From: Methanobacteriota archaeon
Lineage (GTDB): Archaea; Thermoplasmatota; Poseidoniia; Poseidoniales; Thalassarchaeaceae
Assembly: GCA_014240285.1 (NCBI GenBank)
Contig: JAAZXI010000003.1
Location: forward strand, 398-64,397
DNA: 64,000 nucleotides
Direction: 5' to 3'
Position numbers and translations under genes: made by a program
Shown here: in pieces, positions 52,131-63,100 of the stretch
Numbering within the stretch: position 1 is the stretch's first letter
Layout: every line of letters starts with the position of its first letter
The notes under the pieces: generated by a model
What the model saw: the letters and a program-made list of their open reading frames with translations, nothing else
Told to the model about the DNA's origin: nothing
The model's database searches: none

Positions 52131-53477
52131 TTAGAAGGTTGCCTCATCCGCAGGGAAGTCGAACGGACCTCCTCTGCTAGCGATCGATGCGCGACGGTCG
52201 GGCCCAACTCCAACACTGACGATGGGGACTCCTGCTAGGTGCTCGATTCGCTCGATGTACTTCCTGATGACTTCAGGGAATGCGTCGAACCCGGAGTCCT
52301 CTGACCTCGAAGCATCGGCCATGGCTATCCAGTCGTCCTGTGACATTGCAGGGAATCCCTGATGAGTCTCGTATATCGGCGTGCATCTCGCAAGATCCTC
52401 ACTAGTGGTCGGCATGACATGGAGTGTTCTGCCGTCCATCTCGTAGCCGATGCATATCTTCAGTTCGTCGAGTCCCCCGAGTACATCCAGCTTGGTGACT
52501 ACCAAGCCAGTGTAGCCGTTAATCCGGTTGCTCTCACGCAGGGCCACCATGTCAAGCCATCCAGTCCGCCTAGGCCTGCCTGTGGTGGTGCCAAATTCAT
52601 TACCAACCTGCGCCATGTGCTTTCCCGGGCCTTCTTCCAGAGAGAGTTCAGTAGGAAACGGGCCATTGCCAACCCTCGTTGTATAGGCCTTGGTGATACC
52701 GAAGCACTGGTCGACATGCCCTGGGTGGATTCCCGCACCGTGGGTGGCGTTGGCCCTGCTGGTCACCGACGAGGTGACGAAGGGGTATGTACCCTGATCT
52801 ATGTCGAGCATAGCCCCCTGGGCTCCCTCTAGTAGCACTCTCTCGCCGTTCCTAAGGGCTAAGTCAACCATCAGTCCGGTTGGCCTGATGGCATCCGAGT
52901 AGCGGCCGAGTATCCATCTGAGGTCGGACTGCAGTGCACTGGCATCTATGCCTTCGTCGACGCCGACCGTAGCCAGTTGCTTGCTCATACGCTCGGCTTG
53001 AGCCCGCACCGCCTCAGCGTCATCGACTAGGTTCGCGAGGTCGGCGAACCTGATGCCGACCCTCTCAGTGCGGTCACGGTAGGTAGGGCCGATACCGCGG
53101 CCGGTGGTACCGACGACGCGGTCAGCCCCATCATACAGCCTGTGGAAGGGCAGTATAATAGAGGCCCTCTCACTGATGAATAGACGCTTGCCCTCAGGTC
53201 TCTCGCCGGCTAGGGCGTGCCACTTGTCAAGTTCCTCCTCGAGTACCCACGGGTCGATTACCATCCCGTCACCGAGTACAAGATTGCAGTGCTCGTAGGA
53301 GACTCCTGAGGGTATCTGATGGAGTTTTAGGGTGGTGTCCCCGAGTACGATGGTGTGGCCTGCATTGTTGCCTCCTTGGAAGCGCACGGTCCAAGTCGAA
53401 TGATTAGCCAGTTGATCTATGGCCTTGCCCTTGCCCTCATCGCCCCACTGGGCTCCAAGTACGACGCTGGCAGGCAC
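52131..53477 (-). CDS. purA: Adenylosuccinate synthetase (long, bacterial/eukaryotic type)
   Basis: Motifs are VLGAQWGDEGKGK, QGGNNAGHT, TGRGIGP, GTTTGRPRR and GWLD. Confidence 0.95.
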   Translation of the reverse strand: MPASVVLGAQWGDEGKGKAIDQLANHSTWTVRFQGGNNAGHTIVLGDTTLKLHQIPSGVSYEHCNLVLGDGMVIDPWVLEEELDKWHALAGERPEGKRLFISERASIILPFHRLYDGADRVVGTTGRGIGPTYRDRTERVGIRFADLANLVDDAEAVRAQAERMSKQLATVGVDEGIDASALQSDLRWILGRYSDAIRPTGLMVDLALRNGERVLLEGAQGAMLDIDQGTYPFVTSSVTSRANATHGAGIHPGHVDQCFGITKAYTTRVGNGPFPTELSLEEGPGKHMAQVGNEFGTTTGRPRRTGWLDMVALRESNRINGYTGLVVTKLDVLGGLDELKICIGYEMDGRTLHVMPTTSEDLARCTPIYETHQGFPAMSQDDWIAMADASRSEDSGFDAFPEVIRKYIERIEHLAGVPIVSVGVGPDRRASIASRGGPFDFPADEATF

Positions 53478-53593
53478 CGTAGCCTCGGGCAGTATGAAAT
53501 GCGGATGAATGCTTTGGCGCTAGGCGATTTCGATTTCTAGGGAATTTCATGGTGGGAAGCGATTATGAAGGGTTGTCAGGTCGGCCGGACTGC

Positions 53594-53749
53594 ATGGCTC
53601 AGAGGCACCCCGAGGCAGAGGCTCGTCTGCTAAAGAAGTGGATATGTATGCGTTGCTCTGCGACCCACAGGGGGCGCAAGCCGCGGGTATGCCGTAAGTG
53701 TGGATACACGGGTCTGCGAATCAAGGCTTCCGAGCGCAGGAAGACATGA
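53594..53749 (+). CDS. rpl40e: Ribosomal protein L40e
   Basis: From ATG 53594 the sequence is [36 protein letters not shown]. The 51-aa size is typical. Confidence 0.85.
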   Translation: MAQRHPEAEARLLKKWICMRCSATHRGRKPRVCRKCGYTGLRIKASERRKT

Positions 53750-54366
53750 GCATGAGCGTCGGGTCTGCAGGACTCGAGGGCTTCGCTCTGAGTATAGGAC
53801 TCATACTCGCTCTCGGTCCACAAAACGTGTTTGTACTCAGGCAAGGCTTACTGCGGTCACACGTCTTCGCCGTCTGCTTGGTCTGCTCTCTTGCCGATGC
53901 CAGTCTGATAGCAGCTGGGGTGCTCGGAATGGGCTCGGTGCTATCGGGTATCGAGGGAGCAGAGTTCTGGATTGCTGTGGCTGCGGCAGTGTTCCTTACT
54001 GGGTACGGTCTGCTGCGCATCTGGTCGGCGATGAGTCCGATTGGAATGTCCACAGAGGGCGATGGAGAAAGCGAACTCGGACCGACGATTGGGGCGGCTC
54101 TCGCGTTCACCTTCCTCAACCCGCACGTCTACGTCGACACGTTGCTTCTGATTGGAGGTGCATCAAGCAGGTACCTCGGCGATGACCGTCTGGCGTTCGG
54201 AATCGGCGCTGCTACCGCCTCGTTCGTGTTCTTCTTCTCCCTCGGCTATGGCGCTAAGAAGCTCTCTGGAGTTCTGAACAAGCCTGAGGCGTGGAGGGTT
54301 ATCGACCTCGGGATCGCCTGCATAATGTTCGTAATCGCAGGAGCGATTCTGCTGCCGCACCTATGA
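53746..54366 (+). CDS. LysE/ArgO-family amino-acid exporter
   Basis: It has [13 protein letters not shown] and about six TM helices. Its ATG overlaps the rpl40e stop (ATGA). Confidence 0.8.
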   Translation: MSMSVGSAGLEGFALSIGLILALGPQNVFVLRQGLLRSHVFAVCLVCSLADASLIAAGVLGMGSVLSGIEGAEFWIAVAAAVFLTGYGLLRIWSAMSPIGMSTEGDGESELGPTIGAALAFTFLNPHVYVDTLLLIGGASSRYLGDDRLAFGIGAATASFVFFFSLGYGAKKLSGVLNKPEAWRVIDLGIACIMFVIAGAILLPHL

Positions 54367-55476
54367 GACTAGATGCTTGAGCGCCTCGAGCAGAGACTGG
54401 ACATCCCGCTCTGTGTTATCGATGTGAGGAGATACCCTGAGCAGTCCGGCGCGACTTGTTACCAAGATGGAGTATTCGTCCTGAAGTCTGCGAGATATCT
54501 CCTCGCTACTGACCCTTTCCGGGAGTCGCAGACTGATAATAGCGCTGCGCTCTGAATCCGAGAGCGGCGATGCTACCTCAATGTCGAGGAGTCGTGCACC
54601 ATCGACGACCGAGTCAGCAAGTGCCAGGTCGTGCCTCCAGACCTCCTCAATCCCTATCTCATTGATCTCCTCCACTGCTGCGGCCAGCCCGAGCGCTGCG
54701 CCGAAGTGGATAGTGGTGTACTCAAATCGGCTGGCATCCTCAGGCAGTTCCATGCGGTCGGCCCTAAGATCCCAAATGTCAACGTGACTTCGGAATCCCA
54801 GCAGACCTGGATTAAGATTACCTCTGATTTCTGGTGAGATGTAAGCGACTGCGGCGCCATAGGTGCCGCGCAGCCATTTGTACCCAGAAGACACTATGGC
54901 ATCTGCTCCCGATGATACGGCGTCTATTGGCATCATTCCCATCGACTGGGTCGCGTCAACTACCAACAGAGCTCCAGCCGAATGCGCCGCATCTGCGAAC
55001 CTCTTCAGGTCATATCGCTGTCCATTGGAGTACTCAACATGGGACAAGGTGACCACCGAGGTGGCATCGTCTATCAAATTCAAAATGTCATCTGGATTGG
55101 TATAGAGTGCATCGTCATGATTTGCCAGCCTTATCTCCGCTCCGTTTGCCTCCGCCACCCTGCTCCAGGGGTAAACCGTGGACGGGAATGCGGTTCTGGT
55201 GGATACGATATTGCTACCTCTTGAGGGGGAAATCGCCCATGCCAGAGAGCATAGCAGTTCGGTCGCGCTCGAGCCCACACAAACATCTGCGACCTCACAG
55301 GAAAGCAGTCTCGCAGCAGCTCTGCGCAGAGGCATCATTCCGTTCTTCTCGGCCTCTCCGCCGAACTCTGCCGCACCGCCGCGCGCAAGAGCATCAGACC
55401 ATTCCATGGAAGCCTTGTGTGCCGCGGGCGAGGTAGTTGCCACATTAGCGTAGGAGAGGTTTGTCCAACTCTTCAT
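54361..55476 (-). CDS. Class V aminotransferase-fold PLP enzyme
   Basis: It has SGYKWLRGTYGAAVAY (the PLP Lys) and an overall class V layout. The substrate is unknown. Confidence 0.75.
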   Translation of the reverse strand: MKSWTNLSYANVATTSPAAHKASMEWSDALARGGAAEFGGEAEKNGMMPLRRAAARLLSCEVADVCVGSSATELLCSLAWAISPSRGSNIVSTRTAFPSTVYPWSRVAEANGAEIRLANHDDALYTNPDDILNLIDDATSVVTLSHVEYSNGQRYDLKRFADAAHSAGALLVVDATQSMGMMPIDAVSSGADAIVSSGYKWLRGTYGAAVAYISPEIRGNLNPGLLGFRSHVDIWDLRADRMELPEDASRFEYTTIHFGAALGLAAAVEEINEIGIEEVWRHDLALADSVVDGARLLDIEVASPLSDSERSAIISLRLPERVSSEEISRRLQDEYSILVTSRAGLLRVSPHIDNTERDVQSLLEALKHLVS

Positions 55477-55521
55477 GCGAGCCCCCAGATGGCAAGCGAC
55501 GGGCGTTACGCACTTCAAGGC

Positions 55522-55797
55522 TCAGGAGCGTTTAACTTCGTTCAGAAGGGTCTCCAAAACTGTCTGAATCTGTAGGCACAGGGGGCCATAGTGAATTGGC
55601 AGGTTAGCATCGTTGAAGATGTCATCTAGGATTGAGGCGGTCATGCCCAGCCTGAGGTCCATCTCCTTGTCTTTGTTGAGCAGCCACTTCTCAACCGCGT
55701 CCTTCGAAGATATCCTGATATTGCGGGGCACCTGTGTGTCATCGAGCTGTCCGAGTACCTGTGCAATCTGCTGTATCCTGTCTTCGATGTCGGTCAT
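55522..55797 (-). CDS. UPF0147-family archaeal protein
   Basis: DDTQVPRNIRISSKDAVEKWL and ILDDIFNDANLP match the UPF0147 pattern as I remember it. Confidence 0.75.
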   Translation of the reverse strand: MTDIEDRIQQIAQVLGQLDDTQVPRNIRISSKDAVEKWLLNKDKEMDLRLGMTASILDDIFNDANLPIHYGPLCLQIQTVLETLLNEVKRS

Positions 55798-55867
55798 GCA
55801 TATCCCTCTGACGCGGCCACCCGCAGAGGCTCCTTAAGCGCATCCCCGGAACTACTAGAGATGTGAC

Positions 55868-56653
55868 TCAACCACTCCATGCAGCCCATGGCATGTCAGT
55901 GTTTGAGTGCCCCCTTCCCTCGCCTTCAGAGGCGAGGGAAATCAGACCGACTGAGACTCCTTCGTCAATGAGTTCTTCGATACCCCATCGCATCGCCGAT
56001 TCGAGAGTTGACTCAGTCGAGAGAGCCCTGTCATGGACCCTGTAGCTCAACAGCGATCTGGTGATTACCTCGCCGACCCCAGTTGCGGCTACGGCGAGAC
56101 CGTGCTCGGCCCAAAATCCAGAACCGGGCAGTGGGACATCGCCCACCCGGCCTGCTGGACGGTAGCTGGTCCCACCTGTGCTAGTCGCACAGGCCAGCGC
56201 ACCTGTGGAGTCTCTCGCGATGACCCCCACAGTGTCTCCAACACCAGCACGAGGGGGTCTGCCCTCCACAGCTGCCTTTGGATGGCCCTTGGAATTTGCC
56301 CAAGTCCTCGCACCGTCGCCTGCTAGTCCGTTAATCTCCTCGTCCAGCAGGTCGGCAGCGACTCGTATCGGATTGGGTGTGTCCCGCATGGCTATCACGA
56401 AGCCCATACGGCCGTCTGAGGTCTGCAGCGAGGCGTCCAACAGAACCGAACCGTCGGTCCTGTACACAGCTCCCGTCCCGGCGTTGAACACGGGGTCGTC
56501 CTCCAAGATTACACACGCTTCGACTGCCGCCTCGACGGCGGAGCCGCCGGCCTCAAGGATATCCGCTGCCCGAGCGATTGCGGCCTCCACATTTTCCTGC
56601 CTAGGAGGTCCCGGGCCAGCGCCACCATGAGCAACTGCTGCTGGAACCGTCAA
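55868..56653 (-). CDS. Isoaspartyl peptidase / L-asparaginase (Ntn hydrolase, Asparaginase_2)
   Basis: Motifs are HGGAG, NAGTGAV and the GDTVGVIARD nucleophile Thr region, followed by TSTGG. Confidence 0.85.
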   Translation of the reverse strand: MTVPAAVAHGGAGPGPPRQENVEAAIARAADILEAGGSAVEAAVEACVILEDDPVFNAGTGAVYRTDGSVLLDASLQTSDGRMGFVIAMRDTPNPIRVAADLLDEEINGLAGDGARTWANSKGHPKAAVEGRPPRAGVGDTVGVIARDSTGALACATSTGGTSYRPAGRVGDVPLPGSGFWAEHGLAVAATGVGEVITRSLLSYRVHDRALSTESTLESAMRWGIEELIDEGVSVGLISLASEGEGRGHSNTDMPWAAWSG

Positions 56654-56661
56654 ACTCTCAC

Positions 56662-58002
56662 CTACCCTGTGCTAGCCCTAGTCTCTGACTCCTCACTCAA
56701 TCTCAACCGCAGTTGGAGCAATACGGCTAGGACGAATATGATTCCTGCTACCCTGAAGCAGGTGTGGTAGGTCCATAGGCCTGTTCCCTGAACCGTAAGA
56801 GACCACAAGCAGGCGGCAAACAGCGGGCCGATGATGCGCGCTAGAGCACCAAAGCCTTCCTGCGCGCCCATCACCATGCCAAGTTCATAGCCTCGCGACT
56901 TAATCTCAAAGGTCAGGACGGAGGACTGGATCGGCGAGAACAACCCATTACCTATCGCTAGGCCTGCTGAGGAAGCGAAAATCAGCCAACTTACATCATG
57001 CTGGACATACGGAATGCTGGCTATCCCAACACCACACAGGAGTGTTCCCGCTATCATCAAACGAGGCATGCTGAACCTGTCAGTCAGCGGACCGATGAGC
57101 CCCCCCTGGATGATAACTCCCAGTAGCCCGATGAAGGCGAATATCCAGCCGTTGTCGAGCTCACTCCAGCCAAGACCGCCATCAGCAGGGGTCATCGATG
57201 TGAACAGGATGAATGTCCCATGCATCATGCTGAATCCCATCATGAACAGGAAATTAATCGAAACCAGCGTAGATACTGTTGGGAACCTCATGACCTTGAC
57301 AATGTTAGTCATCATCCCACCGATTCCGCTGAACGGCGAGTCATCTGCGGGACTGCGGGACTCGGGTGGCAGAGTTTCTGGGAGTCGGGTAACGGCGAGA
57401 GCTAGTGAGACTAGTGAAAGGGCGCTGGAGAACACGCACGGGAGTAAGTAGGGGTGGTCAATCCAGAACTGGCTGTCGAACGGGGCCCCAATACCGTTGG
57501 CCGGGTCGGAAAGAACCCCTCCGATGAACGGACCGATCATGAATCCTAGTCCGAAGGCAGCCCCTATCATTCCCATCCTGCGGGTTATCATCTCAGGTTC
57601 GCTGATGTCGCCGATGTAGGCTCGGGCAACGGCGATGTTGCCGTTACCGGCGCCGGCTAGGAATCGGGCTACGAGCGCCATGGCCAGACTGCCGGAGAGG
57701 CCGAACACGGTGAAGAATACAGTGTTTGACAACAGTCCGAACATCAAGATAGGTCTGCGTCCCATCCTGTCGCTGAGAGAACCCAGCACGGGGGTGAAGA
57801 TGAACTGGGCGAGAGAGTAGGTGGCGATGACGATGCCCACCCAGAGGTCACGGCTGCCGACATCCATGATGCCCTCCGCGGCAGCGAGATCCTGAACGAA
57901 GTAAGTCAGGAACGGGATTACTATGGTGAAGCCGATCATGTCTACCAGCACAACGAGGAACAGTATGCCCATAGGAGAACTCTGTTGCTCGGTCACGGAC
58001 AT
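56662..58002 (-). CDS. Major facilitator superfamily transporter
   Basis: It has 12 TM helices and the MFS loop motif GSLSDRMGRRP. Confidence 0.85.
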   Translation of the reverse strand: MSVTEQQSSPMGILFLVVLVDMIGFTIVIPFLTYFVQDLAAAEGIMDVGSRDLWVGIVIATYSLAQFIFTPVLGSLSDRMGRRPILMFGLLSNTVFFTVFGLSGSLAMALVARFLAGAGNGNIAVARAYIGDISEPEMITRRMGMIGAAFGLGFMIGPFIGGVLSDPANGIGAPFDSQFWIDHPYLLPCVFSSALSLVSLALAVTRLPETLPPESRSPADDSPFSGIGGMMTNIVKVMRFPTVSTLVSINFLFMMGFSMMHGTFILFTSMTPADGGLGWSELDNGWIFAFIGLLGVIIQGGLIGPLTDRFSMPRLMIAGTLLCGVGIASIPYVQHDVSWLIFASSAGLAIGNGLFSPIQSSVLTFEIKSRGYELGMVMGAQEGFGALARIIGPLFAACLWSLTVQGTGLWTYHTCFRVAGIIFVLAVLLQLRLRLSEESETRASTG

Positions 58003-58054
58003 CCCCGCTCTGCGGGGATGATACGGGACTTGAAGGATTACGACGAGCAGTCGT

Positions 58055-60109
58055 TCAAGCTGATAGTTGAGTGTCGGTGCCCTTCGAGATGGTGTCGATG
58101 ACCTTGGCGAGACGCCCTACTAGGCTGACCTTCTCTTCGGCCCCGACGAGGGCGTGCTCAAGAACCTCGTCCAAAGAATCAACTGGCAGTACCTCTACTT
58201 CCTTCTCCCACTTCTCATCCATCAGCACATCCTGCAAGTTGGAGCGGGGGATGATTACTTTCTCAATGCCGGATTTGGCGGCGGCCTCGATCTTCGCTGT
58301 GACGCCCCCCACAGGCAGGATCTCACCCCTTACAGAAAGAGAACCTGTCATTGCTAGGTTCTGCTCGATAGGAACGCCTTCGAAGGCACTGATTATGGCC
58401 GTGGCCATAGTAATCGATGCGCTGTCGCCGTCGACGTTGTGAGTCCCCGGGAACTGGACGTGGAGATCGTAATCTTTGATGTCCTTGCCAGTGAGCTTCT
58501 TCACGACCGCACTGATGTTAGTCACGCTCTCGTTTGCGAGGTCAGACAGGCCGCCAGTAGCGATGACCCGTCCGGACATCCCCTGAGCCGGTGTCACCAT
58601 GGCCTCGACTGGTAGTACGACCCCAGAGTAGTCAGAGAGGCCACTGTCGGCTCCAAGGACAGCGAGACCGTTGACTCGTCCCACTCGGTTGCCGCGGTTG
58701 ACCAACATGGCATACTCGGCCTGGCGTTCTAGGTGACGGTCGGCAACCTGCTGCTCTAACGGCTTGGCAATCATCCTCGCCCTAGTGACGTGCTCGGCGC
58801 GGGTCAAATCTACACCCTCTTCAGCAGCTAGGTCTCCAGCGATACGGACAAGCCCGCCGAGCTCCCTCAGACGCAGTGACAGTTTGCCACGGCGACCGCT
58901 GCGTCTCTGCGCCTCTTTCAAAATCAGAGATATCGAACTGCGGTCGAAGTGAGGTATTGGCCTGCCGGAGCCCTTCTTGAGCTCATTGCGAACCTCCTGA
59001 GCAATGAATCGGACAAGACGCCGACGGTTACGCTCGGTGTCACGCATGTCTGTGTTGACATAGACTTCGTAACCGTATCCTCGAATCCGACTGCGTAGAG
59101 CGGGGTGCATGTTCTGTACGCTGTCGAGGTTTCCTGCAGCGATGAGGATGAAGTCAGTCGGGACAGGTTCTGACTTGGTAAGAGCTCCAGAGGAGCGCTC
59201 GGATCGGCCGCTAATGGAGAGTTCCTTCTCCTGCATGGCGACCAGCAATGCCTGCTGCTCTTCCATTCTGAGCATGCGGATTTCGTCGATGTACAACACG
59301 CCCTTGTTGGCCCTGTGCACAGCCCCGGGCTCGACCCTCTCGTGGGCAGGGGTGGCTAGGTCGGCGCCCGACTGGAATGGATCGTGGCGAACATCTCCTA
59401 GAAGAGCTCCTGCCAGAGTTCCGGTGGCATCGACGAACGGGGGCTCGTCTTCGCGCTCGTGCTTGATTAGCAGTTTCGGGATGTTAGCGTCGTCGCCTGC
59501 TGTAAGACGAGTCCTCAGGAAGAAGTATCCGAAGACGAGGATGAAGGAGCCGAAGATGAACGTCAGTATCTCACCGCTGGAGATGGTTGCAAGCAGAAGG
59601 GCGGCACCGATAACCAGAGCCACGAACAGCAGGGTGCGGTTGGTCCTCTCTCGTTGAAGATTAATCTGCGCCTTCCTCTCTGAGATGATGCGCGAGCCTC
59701 GCCCGGCAGGCACGGTCCTCACCTTGGGTTCATTCTCGTCCTCGTGGTTGCGGAACACAAGGATGTCCTCAAGCTGCTCTCGGGGCAAGAACTCAGTCAT
59801 AGAGCGAGCGAGCATCGATTTGCCCGTTCCAGGCTCTCCGACCATGATTACGTGTCGCCTCTGCTGGGCAGCCTTCTTGACCACTATAGAAGCGGCCTCC
59901 TGACCAATCACCTGATCTACCAACTTCTCTGGAATTGGCACATCGGCCGTCGATGTGATATCGACTCCCTTAATCCAATCCTCAACAGGAGTTTCGCATA
60001 CCGGGTCCTTGTCCTCGGAGACGCCGAAAGCCGGTCCGTCCTCCCATGATTCCAGAGCGTCATCCTCAGCCTCAACCGCGTCCTGCGTCTGCTTAGACTC
60101 TCTCGACAT
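58055..60109 (-). CDS. lonB: Archaeal membrane-bound Lon protease LonB
   Basis: The Walker A motif is GEPGTGKS. A TM hairpin is inserted in the AAA+ domain (LLFVALVIGAALLL...). The C-terminal Lon protease domain contains DGDSASI and KIEAA. The start is ATG 60109. Confidence 0.9.
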   Translation of the reverse strand: MSRESKQTQDAVEAEDDALESWEDGPAFGVSEDKDPVCETPVEDWIKGVDITSTADVPIPEKLVDQVIGQEAASIVVKKAAQQRRHVIMVGEPGTGKSMLARSMTEFLPREQLEDILVFRNHEDENEPKVRTVPAGRGSRIISERKAQINLQRERTNRTLLFVALVIGAALLLATISSGEILTFIFGSFILVFGYFFLRTRLTAGDDANIPKLLIKHEREDEPPFVDATGTLAGALLGDVRHDPFQSGADLATPAHERVEPGAVHRANKGVLYIDEIRMLRMEEQQALLVAMQEKELSISGRSERSSGALTKSEPVPTDFILIAAGNLDSVQNMHPALRSRIRGYGYEVYVNTDMRDTERNRRRLVRFIAQEVRNELKKGSGRPIPHFDRSSISLILKEAQRRSGRRGKLSLRLRELGGLVRIAGDLAAEEGVDLTRAEHVTRARMIAKPLEQQVADRHLERQAEYAMLVNRGNRVGRVNGLAVLGADSGLSDYSGVVLPVEAMVTPAQGMSGRVIATGGLSDLANESVTNISAVVKKLTGKDIKDYDLHVQFPGTHNVDGDSASITMATAIISAFEGVPIEQNLAMTGSLSVRGEILPVGGVTAKIEAAAKSGIEKVIIPRSNLQDVLMDEKWEKEVEVLPVDSLDEVLEHALVGAEEKVSLVGRLAKVIDTISKGTDTQLSA

Positions 60110-60186
60110 AGTGCTCCCCCGGGATTCCTGCTGCTGCTGGCACCTTCTTGAAGGTGCGTTATCGTTAATAAACGCCAATAAGGCGA

Positions 60187-63100
60187 TTATTCGCGTCGGC
60201 GGAGGTACTCTGCACCGTAGTAGTGCCACTGTTCCATGGTCCAACCCGGTGGCAGTCCCTCAGGCGGCAACGGAGGGGTCATTGGAGGCGGTGGTGGGAC
60301 TTCTCCCGTCAGGTCGGACGAGTAGGGGTCGTTCTCCTCATTCTCCTTGACCTCAGAAACGAAATCTATAGCGGGCTCCGAGTCGAGTCCCTGTCGGCGC
60401 AATATGATGGCCAGAGCCAGTACCAGAGCGGCAGCCAATAGGAGCCCCAGAGAGAGAAGTCCAGCAGACATCATCGCACTCAAACCTCCGGCCTTTGTAT
60501 CAGCCCCTTCCTCATCGGGTTCGTCGATAGCCTCCTCGACCTCTGTCGCATATATTCTGAGTTGCTCCTCAGTTACTCGATCGAATCCATTCTTGTCCTC
60601 GCCGTCGGCGGAGAGGGTAATGTAGTCTCCAACGCCGAGGCCCTCTCCGCTCTCTGGATAGACGATGAACGGACCGAGGTTATGTGACACTCCCGAGGAG
60701 TGACAGATTCCGGTGATGCTGTTGCACACCGTCCAAGTGATTCTGATGTCACTGAGCTCGTGCTGACCGATGTTCTCCAGAGTAACAGAGGGGTTAGAAC
60801 CGTACTCCACAGTACTGAAAGTCGCTACCAGATCCGTGTCCCAGAATAGAGGCATGTTGTCGACGATCGTGACCGTGATCAGGTAGGCGCTGGCGCCGCC
60901 GTGCCTATCCTCCAGAGTGATGGTCACAATCTCGGTTCCGGCCTCGTCCCAGGCCATGGTCAAGATGCCGGTAATCGGGTTGAACTGAGCGGCACCTGAG
61001 ATAAAGGTCATCGCCGACGCCCATATCTCTTCATCAGGATCATCGATGTCCGTTATTCGGTCGAGCAGCTCGAGGGTTATCCGGTCACCCATCTCGACTG
61101 TAAATTCTTCAATTTCAGACATGTCCATCCGTGGGGCATCGTTGACATTTAGTACGTGGAAAGTTATGACTGTGTCAGAGAACTTAATCCCGTCGCTAGC
61201 CCTCAAGGTGAGGTCCACTGGGCCAGTTGAGTCGTCGTCTAGGGTACTCACGGAGAGTGTGTGACCTGAGACACTGGCATCAACGAGGGCCTCGTTGGAA
61301 TTTCCCAGCAGTTCCAAAGTCAGTCCGGATACCGGCACGGGGTATCCGTTGTCGTCAGTGTCTGACAGGTACTCGGTCAGACCGAAGCTGACCGAACCAC
61401 CCTCTTCGAACGGCTGTGATGGAACCGGTGACCACCTCGGGGCGCCGTTCTCTACCACGTTGAACATCATCATACCTGAGTTGCTGTCATCGCCATCATC
61501 TAGGGTCACAAACATGCCTTGAGGAATCGGATTGCCTTGGCTGTCCCTGAGGACCTCGCCGAACTCGACTACTATTTCTAGCGAGGAGGAATCCCACTCG
61601 ATGAATTCGGGCGAGTTGCTGTCAATCTGCAGCATTGAGAGCGGGGTCTCAGCGTCGTTCACCAGCCCCATGATGGAGACTCTCTCCTGAGTTTCGACCT
61701 TGACTGTAGGCATTCCTGCGTACTGAGGGTAATCGCTGTTCAGCACTATGGGTAGGGCATTTCGCAGCTCGAAGGCCGCCTCGGAGATCAGCCAGTCGCC
61801 GTACTGGCCACCTGCGTCCACCCAACGGACCCTGAGGTCGTAATCTCCTACCTCGGCGTTGTGGGGTGCGTTGATGGTGTGCACATAGCGAGCGTTGCCT
61901 CCGCTGCCGACCAGCTCGGACGAGCCTATCCACGCGTTGTCCCACAACTCAGTTCCCGACTCGGCGTAATGCATAATCGGCGTCATCGTCGACATATCGT
62001 CAACCATGTCGTTGGACAGAGCCGTGGACTCGAACTGGATGGATTCACCCCTCTCTACGGAGGTGGAAGCTATGGCAGTCGGCTGGTTGGCCACAGGGGC
62101 CATGTCATGTGGGGCATTGTCGTCAGAGTAGTCGTTGGAGGGAACACGGTCACCTGTCAGGCCCGAGAGTTTCGCCCTGAAGGTCGTGGAACCGGATGCG
62201 TAAGGCTCTATGTTAGAGGTGTCGAACTGGATAGTGAGAGCCTGAGTGCCTCCGGAAGCCAGATTGGTTATTGCCGAGCCTCCGACGTAAACCTCATCGA
62301 GTCCGACGAGCTCGTAAATTGAGATCTCGCCGCCGTCATTGTAGGGATCGACACCGAAGTTAGCAATCTCCACATTTAGGTCGAGCGTGTCTCCAGATAC
62401 GAATCCAAGATTGCCGTTCTGGTTGTCAGCTTCGAAGTTGGAGATGCCGATGTCGATGAGCGGTGCCATGTCCAAATCCGCAGCTGCTAGGAATTCGTTG
62501 TAAGAAGTGTGTGGGCCGTCCATCAGGGCGACGACTGGCCAGAAGTTCTCGTACTGACTATTGCCGGCAGCTGCCCTGACTGTGTTCAGTGAAACAGTCC
62601 AAGTTTTCTCTACAGCAACGTTAGGAGTCAGAGTGATCTGTTCGAAACCGTCATCGTTGTTGTTCAGCAGCCACTTCCTCCAGTTATGGTGAGGTCTGAC
62701 TCCATTGTCGTAGGCGTCTGCGCCGACCTTCTCAGTTACAGCGGCGTATAGGTAGACGGTAACGGATGACAATGATCCAAGGTAGGTCGACTCCACTGCG
62801 ACAGTGACCTCGTTCGTAGCTGTGTCGAGTGCCATTGAGAGTTCGATTGCATAGTCCGCTGTGTCCGAGCTCATGCACCCTCCACTGGAGTAGTCGGCAT
62901 CGTAGTAGTTCGTACCCCCTGCGCCGACCTTGTAGCAAGTTCCACTCTGCTCATCAGCGAATGAGAAAGTCGGATATCCGGATGAGGCGGCCATGACGTG
63001 GTCTTGGCGGTTAATCGGGCTATCCGAGGGCCAGCCCCCTGAAGACGACTCAAAGATAGATAAGAAGGTGAAGTCCTCAGGATTAGATGCCTTCAGGTTG

